A stretch of DNA of 64,000 nucleotides from Candidatus Parcubacteria bacterium (GTDB taxonomy: Bacteria > Patescibacteriota > Minisyncoccia > Phycocordibacterales > UBA918). The notes under the pieces are model-generated. The model was not told the DNA's origin, did no database searches, and worked only from the letters and a program-made list of their open reading frames with translations. The stretch spans positions 1 to 64,000 of the forward strand of contig JBJOPW010000001.1 in assembly GCA_046050355.1 (NCBI GenBank). Reading direction: 5' to 3'. Both the position numbers and the translations under genes were made by a program. This document shows, piece after piece, positions 1 to 9,011 of the stretch; the stretch's first letter is position 1, and every line of letters begins with the position of its first letter.

Positions 1-75
1 CGTAACAAACGAGAGGACTTCAGTCCGTGCTTGAAGCCACGAAGAACCCCTCGCCTTGAGGCGAGGGTGGTTCAG
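1..75 (+). mobile_element. Right end of an IS200/IS605-family element (TnpB omegaRNA 3' end); the element body lies outside the window
   Basis: Subterminal hairpin CCCTCGCCT-TG-AGGCGAGGG (48-67), preceded by GAAGAA and followed by TGGTTCA(G), which is the typical IS605 RE layout. A smaller hairpin GGACT-TC-AGTCC lies upstream. Confidence 0.65.
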
Positions 76-97
76 TTGGCAGCGTGGTCGTTTGCAT
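20..97 (-). pseudogene. 5' stub of a gene apparently interrupted by the IS end
   Basis: AGGAG SD then ATG CAA ACG ACC ACG CTG CCA (MQTTTLP), reading into the IS hairpin and stopping at TGA (25 aa). Confidence 0.4.
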
Positions 98-210
98 GAT
101 GCTCTCTCCTGCATGAAAGGACAAATCGCCCTGCTTTTCAGAAGCAGTACAAACAATTAGTCCGAAAAAAATATAGCACTTATTTAGGTGCTGTCAAGCA
201 CCTAAATAAC

Positions 211-1884
211 CTACAAAATCACCGGAAGCGTGAACTCAAAGCGGGAGCCGTGGCCTTCCCCATCGGAATGAGCGACTACATCGCCGCCCATCGCACGAGC
301 CATTTCGCGAGCCACAAAGAGACCGAGACCGGTACCTTTGATGTTGACCGTGTTGGCGTTTTTGGCCCGGGTGAACTTCTCAAAGAGTGAGTGGATGGTG
401 TCGTTACTCATACCGATACCGGTGTCGATTATGTCGACAATGATTTTCTTGGTACGGATATCATCATGAACAAAGACGGTAACGGTCCCTTTTGGCGTGT
501 ACTTGAGTGAGTTGTTGATGAGGTTATGGAGGATCTGCTGGGTCTTCCCTTTGTCGGCATGGACGAGACCCTGACTGGTAAGCTCTGTTTTGAAGAGCAA
601 GAGGAGACCCTTCTTAAATCCTTCGGGACGAAGGTCGTCAGTGATGTGTTCAGCCAGCTCGCGGAGATTGAAGTCTGCCAGTTCGTACTTCATATTCCCT
701 CCTTCGATACGGGACACGCTCAGGAAGTCTTCGACAGACTCACTCATCATCTTGGCTGAGTCAGCAATGCGAGTAAGTGGTTCAATCATTTTCTCTTCGA
801 CTTTACCAAAGCTGCCTTCTACCACCATTGAAGCATAGCCACGAATAGCGGCGAGTGGACTGCGGAGTTGGTGACTCGCAATCGAAACAAACTCAGATTT
901 TTGCTTATCAAGCTCACGGAGTCGGGCATTAGCACGTTCGAGACCCTTTGCTAGCTTTGAGATTTCCTGTCGTTGATGCACTTCTTTGCGAACACTTTTA
1001 ATCAGTAATGAGCCCAGCACAATAAATAATAAAAGTGTTATACCAGCGATGACTCTTGAATTTTCTATTGTTCGAACAAAGAAGAGTGAAATGAGCAACA
1101 GTAGCATCCCTATCATAAGCGCTTCAGTTGCTAGAATTTTTAGCTTAAACACTTCGTATCTAACGATTGTGTATGCCAACATGAAGACAAAAATTGGCAT
1201 CCCAAAGAGTCCAATTTGACCAATTTGCCAATCAGTCTCCAGGCTTCCAAAAATGTTTCCGCCGGAAAATGAGAGAAGGAAGAAAATGATACCAAATGTA
1301 ACTGCAAGTATTTCACCAGTTTTGCGAATTTTTTTGTGAACTGTTCTGGCTGCTGCAATGATAATCAGTACTGCGTACAACAACTCCACATTATAGATGT
1401 AGTAGTGCCACAAGGGTCCTTCGAAAGCTTCACGCCAACAGTTAGTGAAATCAAATGCTGTTAAGTTGAGCGCTGTATGACTAAATAAGAAAAGTGGTAG
1501 TAATAGAATCAAAACGGTTAGATCGTATTTTAGTGGAGGCCACTTATTCCTATAAAAACTATACGCAAAGTAAAAACTGCCTACGTAAATGAAAAATTCA
1601 AAATAGACGAGTGAAGACCAGAAAAACATTATGTAGTCTGATCTGTCGGATGCCCAAATAGCGAGGTCTATAAGACTCCAGCTAGCAAACATAACATTAG
1701 TAAACAGAAGTGCTTGCGCAGCCTTACTCTCGCGAGCGTTCAAGAAAACAACGATCGCGATGAGAAGACCTGCTAGGCTTGGAAAAAGATGCGAATAGTA
1801 TATAAAGTTACCCCAGATGTTATCCGAAAATATGAAGTATGGAGCAGGCTGCCAGTTGCAAATTGTTGGATCAGCGATATTCAT
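211..1884 (-). CDS. Membrane sensor histidine kinase with a multi-TM (HisKA_7TM-like) N-terminus
   Basis: H-box IASHQLRSPL, N-box NLINNSLKYT, G1 DTGIG, G2 GTGLGL; many N-terminal TM helices. Confidence 0.92.
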   Translation of the reverse strand: MNIADPTICNWQPAPYFIFSDNIWGNFIYYSHLFPSLAGLLIAIVVFLNARESKAAQALLFTNVMFASWSLIDLAIWASDRSDYIMFFWSSLVYFEFFIYVGSFYFAYSFYRNKWPPLKYDLTVLILLLPLFLFSHTALNLTAFDFTNCWREAFEGPLWHYYIYNVELLYAVLIIIAAARTVHKKIRKTGEILAVTFGIIFFLLSFSGGNIFGSLETDWQIGQIGLFGMPIFVFMLAYTIVRYEVFKLKILATEALMIGMLLLLISLFFVRTIENSRVIAGITLLLFIVLGSLLIKSVRKEVHQRQEISKLAKGLERANARLRELDKQKSEFVSIASHQLRSPLAAIRGYASMVVEGSFGKVEEKMIEPLTRIADSAKMMSESVEDFLSVSRIEGGNMKYELADFNLRELAEHITDDLRPEGFKKGLLLLFKTELTSQGLVHADKGKTQQILHNLINNSLKYTPKGTVTVFVHDDIRTKKIIVDIIDTGIGMSNDTIHSLFEKFTRAKNANTVNIKGTGLGLFVAREMARAMGGDVVAHSDGEGHGSRFEFTLPVIL

Positions 1885-1887
1885 AAC

Positions 1888-2052
1888 TTAGGATTCGATT
1901 TCTTCAATGAGCAAATAATCACTCGTGTCAGGACCGCTTGGTGTTGTGGTGATTGAATAATTTTGTAACACAATAATATTGTAATAGATCAACCAAATAG
2001 AAAACGCAGTCAGAAATAAAATCATAATGCGGATGGTTTTTCTAAGCTTCAT
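1888..2052 (-). CDS. Small single-TM protein, 54 aa (not in ORF track)
   Basis: MKLRKTIRIMILFLTAFSIWLIYYNIIVLQNYSITTTPSGPDTSDYLLIEEIES; fills the gap between the SET gene and the kinase, stop 3 nt before the kinase ATG. Confidence 0.65.
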   Translation of the reverse strand: MKLRKTIRIMILFLTAFSIWLIYYNIIVLQNYSITTTPSGPDTSDYLLIEEIES

Positions 2053-2069
2053 ATCGTGTGGTGTGTCTG

Positions 2070-2564
2070 TTACTTATTGAGGTATACAGACATGAACTTA
2101 GGTGTGACCAGCTTTTTATAGCGCTGGAATGTCGCAGGGTCTAGTGATGTGATCGGGCCTATATGTGTGCGGCACGCTTGCGACTTACAATTACAACGGA
2201 TATACCATTTGGGGTCGGCTTCGGTTAGAGAGTAGTCCATCACTATTTCTTCATTTGCTTTTATATCTCTGAGTGCATAGACCGTACGTTCACCACGTAT
2301 CGCAACGTTCGGTTCGCATGAATGGTTGATGTATCGGAATGGCGAATCGTCCGTGATAATCCACGTATATTTACTTGCACCTACCCAGTTCATCGACTTT
2401 TCGGCTAGTTTGCCTTGGAAATCAAACACCTTTATTTTTGGTCCATGGATATAGTCAATGAACTCACCTTTTTTAAAGTCACAGCTGACATATAACCCCG
2501 TGCCATTGATGATACTTTTGGCTAAATGGAGTTTGTTACTGAGTTTACGTATTTTTGTGAACAT
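2070..2564 (-). CDS. SET-domain protein-lysine methyltransferase with post-SET Zn motif
   Basis: GTGLY, RYINHSCEPN, EEIVMDY, CNCKSQAC. Confidence 0.93.
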   Translation of the reverse strand: MFTKIRKLSNKLHLAKSIINGTGLYVSCDFKKGEFIDYIHGPKIKVFDFQGKLAEKSMNWVGASKYTWIITDDSPFRYINHSCEPNVAIRGERTVYALRDIKANEEIVMDYSLTEADPKWYIRCNCKSQACRTHIGPITSLDPATFQRYKKLVTPKFMSVYLNK

Positions 2565-3357
2565 ATAAATAGGATTTTCTAAGAGCTAAATACGCAACAA
2601 TACCATGCATGACAGCATTACTTACCGGATAAAACATGAGTGGCTGGAAAAAAGTGCCATGAGTACTGTATGTCACTAGCGCAAGTATAGCATACGCTAG
2701 TGCCCAAATTGCCCATGGTGCCCAGTGCTCTTTGTGTGGATAGAGATACGTTTCTTTAAGTAAGGGATAAAAAGATGGAAAAGTTGAAATATTAGATAGA
2801 AATAAAAATACTAACACCGCTATATAAAAGTACTGACTTGGTATCAACATCCAAGCTACAAGCAACCAGGCTGTTACATAGCCAATGGTAATGAAGATGT
2901 CCGTAACAAATGACCAACGCTCCCACTTGTCCTCGGGCCACCAATCCTCCGGCCACCAGCGCGTCGGGTCACTTCTGCGTGCGCGTATCCAACATCTAAT
3001 AGACACTACGATTGCTAAAACAGCACATACTGCCGGTAAAATGAGCTCGGGTAATGTGGCATGCGCGTCCCACTCGAGTATTGTAAGAATGGCTGTGCCG
3101 TAGGCAAACATGAACCAGGTGACAGGATTGGGATCGATATGTTGAATGGAAAGATACAAGATATAACCAAGTAGTTGGAGTAGACCCGCGACAATGCCAA
3201 ACATAAGAAGACTGTCATACGGCAATAGACTGAGTATCGGTTTGCTATAGAATGCCAGCGAGCCGAACAGTGCCGTAAAAACAATAGCGTAAAAAAAGAA
3301 AAATCGAAGCGGATGTTCGATGAGGGTTTTGATTATAGAAAAAAATAAGTTGGCCAT
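2545..3357 (-). CDS. Polytopic membrane protein, PQ-loop/SWEET-like internal repeat; paralog of 3406-4197
   Basis: Shares TWFMFAYGTAILTILE and TFPxFxPxL..PWxIW with the upstream gene; start taken at ATG 3357. Confidence 0.75.
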   Translation of the reverse strand: MANLFFSIIKTLIEHPLRFFFFYAIVFTALFGSLAFYSKPILSLLPYDSLLMFGIVAGLLQLLGYILYLSIQHIDPNPVTWFMFAYGTAILTILEWDAHATLPELILPAVCAVLAIVVSIRCWIRARRSDPTRWWPEDWWPEDKWERWSFVTDIFITIGYVTAWLLVAWMLIPSQYFYIAVLVFLFLSNISTFPSFYPLLKETYLYPHKEHWAPWAIWALAYAILALVTYSTHGTFFQPLMFYPVSNAVMHGIVAYLALRKSYLYVHKNT

Positions 3358-3366
3358 AACGAGTTC

Positions 3367-3400
3367 ACCCGCCACCATAATTATGCCATGGCGGCGGGTG
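3367..3400 (-). terminator. Hairpin between the two membrane paralogs
   Basis: CACCCGCC..GGCGGGTG inverted repeat. Confidence 0.45.
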
Positions 3401-3405
3401 TAATT

Positions 3406-4197
3406 TCATTCGGCAGGGTTCATAACCTCACCTTTGGCCTTGCGTGCAGGCCGTGCAGCGATGACGCCCATCAGAGAGTGCATCACGGCATTGATGGCGG
3501 GATAGGACATGAGCGCTAATAAGGTCCAGAAGCTCAGTTCCCAGTCGCTCGGCCGCCAGGTGGTAGGCCAAACCACGTCATTGCTGGCGAAGTTGTACGT
3601 CGGGAACAAAAGGAAGGAGTATGCTGCGCCCCAGATGAACCATGGTCGAGCATCTTCCTCCTCCGGCTTTTCCCAAGCTTTCTGCAAAATCGGTGCGAAG
3701 TTTGGGAAGGTCGTCGCATTCGATGCTGCCAAGAAGGCAAGCACCAAAGCTTCGTACCACCAGTCACTGACTACGAAGAAGGTCGCGATGACCCACAGAC
3801 TCGTGTAGAGGATGGTCAGGATCAGATCCACGCCGAAGGCAAAGCCGTTCACCGTCTTCCAGTTAACCGTCCACTCCTTGAGCCAGCGGCGCTTCGTGGC
3901 GTTGTAGTGCGTTCGCCAGATCGTGTAGGCTACGAAGATGGCACCACTCGAGCAGACAAGCGGCAGCAGAAGGACTTCTCCGACATGCAGCCAGGTCCAG
4001 ACCCTAGTCGCTTCGCTGACCATGCTGTCGAACTCAAGGATGGTCAAGATAGCTGTGCCATAGGCAAACATAAACCACGTGAGTGGTTCGGCTTCCTTGC
4101 CCTCCTTGCGGACAACAAGACGGTAGTAGATGAAGTACCCGATAAGCTGGGTCAGCCCGGCCGCAAGGCCGAGGTATGGTGCATACGTTGCGAGCAT
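3406..4197 (-). CDS. Polytopic membrane protein, PQ-loop/SWEET-like internal repeat
   Basis: Two repeats of helix-PxxW motif; AAAGGGG SD; paralog of the downstream gene. Confidence 0.78.
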   Translation of the reverse strand: MLATYAPYLGLAAGLTQLIGYFIYYRLVVRKEGKEAEPLTWFMFAYGTAILTILEFDSMVSEATRVWTWLHVGEVLLLPLVCSSGAIFVAYTIWRTHYNATKRRWLKEWTVNWKTVNGFAFGVDLILTILYTSLWVIATFFVVSDWWYEALVLAFLAASNATTFPNFAPILQKAWEKPEEEDARPWFIWGAAYSFLLFPTYNFASNDVVWPTTWRPSDWELSFWTLLALMSYPAINAVMHSLMGVIAARPARKAKGEVMNPAE

Positions 4198-4319
4198 TGC
4201 GGCCCCTTTCGTAAAAATTTTAAGGATTCAGTTCTGCTAAGAATTATATCACAAATATACAGAAAAGTAAAGCTTTTGGGGATAAAAAGCTTATTTTGTA
4301 AAACTGAACGGCTCTACTT

Positions 4320-4463
4320 TTAGTTTAGATATAGGAAAATTAATGGCACGAGGAGCCACCAGAAGAAGTATTCTTTTGGTGAGAAGATGGCTTGGATCGG
4401 GCTACCCGGGGTCACAAATTCGGTCACCGGCAGGACATGGAAACTAAAGACTATGACGAGGAC
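4320..4463 (-). pseudogene. Diverged duplicate of the last 47 codons of gene 5043-5519
   Basis: Translates VLVIVFSFHVLPVTEFVTPGSPIQAIFSPKEYFFWWLLVPLIFLYLN*; no start codon, in-frame TGA upstream. Confidence 0.9.
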
Positions 4464-4489
4464 AGCATAGATAACATGTAATCAGTGTA

Positions 4490-4741
4490 TTAGCGATATA
4501 CTTCTGAGCGTTTATCAATTCTGTATACGATAATTATCTCCTCGTTTACTTCAAATAATATTCGGTAGTCCTCTACCCGCTTTCTGAAGCCTTGGAAAGG
4601 AGTCTGTAACTTTTTGATATTTGATGCGCTGGTACCAAGTTGTGATAGTTCTTCTAAAGATTGAACAATTCTTTCTTTGATTTTCTTGTCGAGGTTAAAT
4701 AATTCCTTTTCTGCAACTTTTGTCAGCAGAATGTTATACAT
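4490..4741 (-). CDS. Type II toxin, RelE/ParE family
   Basis: MYNILLTKVAEKEL..IKKL..FRKRVEDYRILF..IDKRSEVYR; start overlaps the antitoxin stop. Confidence 0.9.
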   Translation of the reverse strand: MYNILLTKVAEKELFNLDKKIKERIVQSLEELSQLGTSASNIKKLQTPFQGFRKRVEDYRILFEVNEEIIIVYRIDKRSEVYR

Positions 4742-4979
4742 ATTTTTTTTTGATGTCTGTCCATTTGACAAGTGGTTCACTTCGATTTTCTTCACGAGCA
4801 ATCATGAGATCAAGCGCATCTTGCATATCTTCTAGATGCTCAGTATTGATCAGTGTTGCTACAGCAATCCCCCCCTTTTCTAGGCGGATGTGCTCATTTT
4901 TTGTGCGCACACGCTCGACTACAGCACCGAGATTAATACGAGCTTTGGTGATGGGCATTGATGTTAGTTTTTGGGACAT
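4734..4979 (-). CDS. Type II antitoxin, Phd/YefM family
   Basis: ITKARINLGAVVERV..IRLEKGGIAVATLI; upstream of and overlapping the toxin. Confidence 0.88.
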   Translation of the reverse strand: MSQKLTSMPITKARINLGAVVERVRTKNEHIRLEKGGIAVATLINTEHLEDMQDALDLMIAREENRSEPLVKWTDIKKKYV

Positions 4980-5011
4980 GATGAATTGATTAAGATTGAT
5001 TAATATTCATC

Positions 5012-5040
5012 AATATACCTGTATCAATACATATTGTCAA
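5012..5040 (-). promoter_or_regulatory. sigma70 promoter of the TA operon
   Basis: TTGACA-17 nt-TATATT on the minus strand, followed by repeated ATTGAT/ATCAAT motifs (possible operator). Confidence 0.6.
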
Positions 5041-5042
5041 AT

Positions 5043-5519
5043 TTAGTTTAAATACAAGAAAACGAGTGGGGCGAGGAGCCACCAGAAGAAGTAGTTGGCG
5101 GGAGCAAAGATAGCCTGGATCGGGCTGCCGGGGGTGACAAATTCGGTCACGGGGAGTACATGGAAACTAAAGACCATAACGAGAATGGTACCGCCGGTAG
5201 CGAGGAGGAGTTTTTTGCCGAAGCTCTCAAACTTCTTCTCCTGGTAGGCGCGTGGCATCAGGCGGGCCATAAGGATGGTTGAGATGACTGTAAAAACAGC
5301 AAAGATAATCACTTTCATAAAGGAGTCACCTTCCCCGCCACTCAAGATGGTGTCGTAGTATGGGAACTCGAGTGAGATAAGCAGGGCAAAGTAGAGACCG
5401 ACAGTAAGATTGATCACAGCCTGACGACCGCGGACAATGGCGTACACCAAGAAGAAACCAAAGACGCCAAGGAGGTATGCGAACTCTTGGATGATGAGGA
5501 GTATGTCCCCGGTATTCAT
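5043..5519 (-). CDS. Hypothetical integral membrane protein
   Basis: 158 aa, about 5 hydrophobic segments. Confidence 0.8.
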   Translation of the reverse strand: MNTGDILLIIQEFAYLLGVFGFFLVYAIVRGRQAVINLTVGLYFALLISLEFPYYDTILSGGEGDSFMKVIIFAVFTVISTILMARLMPRAYQEKKFESFGKKLLLATGGTILVMVFSFHVLPVTEFVTPGSPIQAIFAPANYFFWWLLAPLVFLYLN

Positions 5520-5675
5520 AGGTATATTATAGAACTCTTTTGGAGTGAGTGGGTGCGCTATCCACTGTCACTTCAACTGATACGTTTAGTGTATAATAGA
5601 AACACAATGCCTGCAGGCGCCATCGTAATAATACACTTTATTACGAATAGAAGAGTGTTATACTGAGTTACCTCG

Positions 5676-5722
5676 GAATACTCCTGCAGCGGTTCTGTCC
5701 GTTGTGGGGGTATTTCATTTTT
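5676..5722 (+). terminator. Intrinsic terminator ending a short transcript upstream of the RAYT
   Basis: GAATACTCCTGCAGCGG/CCGTTGTGGGGGTATTT stem whose G-U pairs work only on +, followed by a T-rich tail. Confidence 0.6.
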
Positions 5723-5764
5723 CACTATGACGTTGAAGTTCTGGAAGAAACTAGCTTTCTAAGT

Positions 5765-5820
5765 ATTTTAGGGGTCCAACCCCGTGATTGTGCACAATCA
5801 CGGGGTTGGACCCCTAAAAT
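5765..5820. repeat. REPIN-like perfect palindrome, left of the RAYT
   Basis: 56-nt perfect palindrome; each arm contains the hairpin GGGG-TCCAA-CCCC. Confidence 0.9.
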
Positions 5821-5837
5821 GGGTATATGATTTACTT

Positions 5838-6458
5838 ATGCCTCGTGCCGTTGTTCCGATAGTGGCCGGTGAACTTTACCATGTATACAATCGTGGTGTA
5901 GATAAACGTGTTGTTTTTAATAACAAGAGTGATTATCTAAGATTCTATCTGTCTCTAGCATATTTCAATAACCAGGAGCGTACTGAAACATTTAATTCTG
6001 CGAAGTTGAAATTTGCAGATCGAAAAGAACCCCTGGTGCATATACATTCGTACGCACTGCTCCCAAACCACTTCCATTTACTAGTAGAACCACTGGTGGA
6101 CACAGGTCTTAGTGAGTTTATCAAGCGTATCTCCAACGGCTATACTGCATATTTTAATGAACGTAATAATAGATCAGGTTCGTTATTTCAAGGGAAATAT
6201 AAGCGAGTCCATGTTGATTCTGATGAATATAAAAATTATCTATTGGCGTATATCAATGAGAACCATGCAGTGCATGGTTTGGCTGAACCAGTAGAAGTAT
6301 ACGAAACAAGTAAGTTTCATTTGCTCGGAACTATGAAGAGTATAGTGATAAATACTTCTCCGATTACCTCATATAACCAATCAGAATCGAGGTTACTTGC
6401 TAGCGATATTTATGAACGCAGATTGGAAATGAAAACACTTCTTTTTGAAGCTGATTGA
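5838..6458 (+). mobile_element. REP-associated tyrosine (HUH Y1) transposase, RAYT-like
   Basis: YHVYNRG, LLPNHFHLL (HUH), GSLFQGKYK, YINEN; flanked by REP doublets. Confidence 0.9.
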
Positions 6459-6469
6459 CTTCGGGAAAA

Positions 6470-6519
6470 ATTTAGGGGTCCAACCCCGAGAGCTTGCTCT
6501 CGGGGTTGGACCCCTAAAT
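6470..6519. repeat. REPIN-like palindrome, right of the RAYT
   Basis: 24-bp arms ATTTAGGGGTCCAACCCCGAGAGC with a TT centre; same REP core as 5765-5820. Confidence 0.9.
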
Positions 6520-6534
6520 GAGGTCTGTGTTGGC

Positions 6535-7605
6535 TTAGAGGCCTTCTTTGCGGAGGTCTTCGACGAGTTTGCGGGCGGACTTGGAGATGGTCTTTGGGAA
6601 TCCGATTTCAACCTTCACCATAAAGTCGCCACGAGTGCGACCATCGACAGGGACACCCTTGCTTTTGATACGCAGCAGTTCGCCATGGGTGATACCCGCC
6701 GGGATGGTGAGTGTCACTGGTCCATCAAGCGTCTCGACTTTGTACTCGCCACCGAGGAGTGCGTCAGTGAGTTTGATACTAAGTCGGGTGTAGAGCGTCG
6801 AGCCATCACGTTTGATGGTTGGGTGACCTTCCACGTGGACTTTGATATAGAGGTCGCCACTTTGAGCCCGCGGCATTGCTTCGCCACGTCCGGTCATACG
6901 GATGACTTCCCCATTTTCGATACCAGCGGGTACTTTGATCGAGACTTCTTCTTCGGCGCGCATGATGCCGGCGCCAGCACAATAACCACAGCGCTCCTTT
7001 GGTACCTTGCCGGTCCCATTACAGGTGTTACATTCACGCACGGTCTGGAAGGTGCCCATGATACTCTGACGAGTCTCACGGATCTTGCCGTTGCCGTTAC
7101 AAGTCTCACAGGTAGACATGGCAGTTCCCTTCTTCGCACCCGTGCCATCACAGTGCGTACAGGTATTGTTTTTATTGAGGAGCACATTGCGCGTGGTACC
7201 AAAAACTGCCTCACTGAAGTTGAGGTTGATATCAATCGAGACATCACGGCCACGAGCCTGCTTCGGCCGACCACCGCCAAATCCAAAGTTCTCAAAGATG
7301 TCATTGAGATCAAACTCAAATGAGCCACCTTGGCCTCCATGCCCCGCTCCAAAGTCGCCCCAATTGAAACCACCAAAACCGCCTCCTCCACCACCCTGTG
7401 CAGCAGCGTGGCCATAGGTATCGTATTCGGCCTTTTTCTTTTCGTCACCGAGGACGGCGTAGGCTTCGGTTATTTCTTTGTATTTGGTTTCGTTACCGGT
7501 CTTTTTGTCTGGGTGGTATTCGGCAGCTAACTTGCGAAAAGCTTTTTTTACCTCATCGCGAGAGGCACCTTTCTCTAGTCCAAGCACTTCGTAGTAGTCG
7601 GTCAT
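6535..7605 (-). CDS. dnaJ: Chaperone DnaJ
   Basis: J domain HPD, G/F region, CxxCxGxG repeats. Confidence 0.97.
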   Translation of the reverse strand: MTDYYEVLGLEKGASRDEVKKAFRKLAAEYHPDKKTGNETKYKEITEAYAVLGDEKKKAEYDTYGHAAAQGGGGGGFGGFNWGDFGAGHGGQGGSFEFDLNDIFENFGFGGGRPKQARGRDVSIDINLNFSEAVFGTTRNVLLNKNNTCTHCDGTGAKKGTAMSTCETCNGNGKIRETRQSIMGTFQTVRECNTCNGTGKVPKERCGYCAGAGIMRAEEEVSIKVPAGIENGEVIRMTGRGEAMPRAQSGDLYIKVHVEGHPTIKRDGSTLYTRLSIKLTDALLGGEYKVETLDGPVTLTIPAGITHGELLRIKSKGVPVDGRTRGDFMVKVEIGFPKTISKSARKLVEDLRKEGL

Positions 7606-7607
7606 AT

Positions 7608-9008
7608 TTATTGTGATAGCATAATGTTACTAAATTGCCACGGATCCGTTTTGTCGTTTGTTGGTTTCCAGTCTGTATATGCACCAAAAACTTTTCCTAA
7701 GTACGGTTCTTGAATTGCGAGACAAAACTCATGATCCATTTCCTCTACTTCAACAATGCCACAGTGTGGATTCTCGAGCATCCAATGAATACCAGCAATA
7801 ACTGCAGATGTAACCTGAAGACCCGTTGCGTTTTGGTGCGGTGCTAGAGCCTTTGCTTCCTCAGTAGAGAGTTTTGAGCCATACCAGTATGCATTTTTGT
7901 TGTGTCCAAACAAAAGCACACCGAGTTCATCAAAACCGTCTGAAATTTCTCCTTCTGTGAGTACAGTAAAAGTATCGAATGAAGTAATTCCTTTGCTCGT
8001 GAGACGATTCAATGCTTCGACTGTCGCATCACATGGCCGATAGGCATAGTGCACCGTCGGTCGGTAGATGACTTTCCCAGATTCATCTCTAACAGTGAGA
8101 TAATCACTTAGAGACAAGGCCTCGTTATGAGTCACGAGGTATGCTTCGACTTCACCGTGTGTTGGTACCCAAGTGCGTACCTTTGTTTTCGCTCCGACAG
8201 AATCTAGGAATATGCCACACGCCTGTGGGTCTTCATGGTGCTCTGCACCGATGGGTAATTCTTGTTCGTGGGTACCCCATCCAAGTTCTGCCGGTTGCAG
8301 TGCTTCGGATATTAATCCTTCTACCGACCACGTGTTTACGAATTTTGTTTCTGGAACAGTTGTCATTGTAGTTTGGTCATCGCGTTCTGCAATATGTATT
8401 CCAACTACACCCAGTTTCTGTGCTAAGTTTGACCATTCACCTCTCGTTTTTGGGATCTCTGTTACTGTATTGGTATCACGAGCAATTTGTAATAAGGCAC
8501 GCTTCACCAACCACGAAACCATACCAGGGTTAGCGCCACAGCACGATACCGCTGTAGGACCTGATGCACTTAGTTCTGTTCGTAGGCTGAGCACTTCCTT
8601 ACGCAGGTGATAATTGGTTCGTTCGTGTGCGGGTCGATTAAAGTCATCGTATACGCCAGGCCATGGCTCTACTACTGTATCGATATAGAGAGCATTTCTT
8701 TTGTTTGCATAGCGCATGAGCGAAACCGAAGATACTTCAACCGAAAGATTGATAATAATCGCTTGTTCTGCGCTCTGCTGAATAATACTGTCTAGGACGT
8801 CTTCGTAATTAGATGGTTTTAGTCCAAGATGAAGGTGTGAATATTTGTGGCCGGTACCATAATCAAGTTGGCTGAGTTTTGGTTCGATGATTGTGATTTG
8901 ATTTTCTTGAAAGCTAAAGTGCTTTTCAAAAAGAGCCAAAACCCCTCTACCAATTGATCCATAACCAACAAATATGACTGGCCCTTTTACCACGTTCACA
9001 GACTTCAT
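7608..9008 (-). CDS. hss: Homospermidine synthase
   Basis: GYGSIG Rossmann fold, [40 protein letters not shown]. Confidence 0.92.
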   Translation of the reverse strand: MKSVNVVKGPVIFVGYGSIGRGVLALFEKHFSFQENQITIIEPKLSQLDYGTGHKYSHLHLGLKPSNYEDVLDSIIQQSAEQAIIINLSVEVSSVSLMRYANKRNALYIDTVVEPWPGVYDDFNRPAHERTNYHLRKEVLSLRTELSASGPTAVSCCGANPGMVSWLVKRALLQIARDTNTVTEIPKTRGEWSNLAQKLGVVGIHIAERDDQTTMTTVPETKFVNTWSVEGLISEALQPAELGWGTHEQELPIGAEHHEDPQACGIFLDSVGAKTKVRTWVPTHGEVEAYLVTHNEALSLSDYLTVRDESGKVIYRPTVHYAYRPCDATVEALNRLTSKGITSFDTFTVLTEGEISDGFDELGVLLFGHNKNAYWYGSKLSTEEAKALAPHQNATGLQVTSAVIAGIHWMLENPHCGIVEVEEMDHEFCLAIQEPYLGKVFGAYTDWKPTNDKTDPWQFSNIMLSQ

Positions 9009-9011
9009 ACG

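Noticed and set aside
5784-5837. N-terminal extension of the RAYT in the ORF track
   Set aside because: The GTG lies inside the palindrome; ATG 5838 gives a typical MPR start
6445-7323. 292-aa plus-strand ORF
   Set aside because: Antisense shadow of dnaJ starting in the REPIN; no motifs
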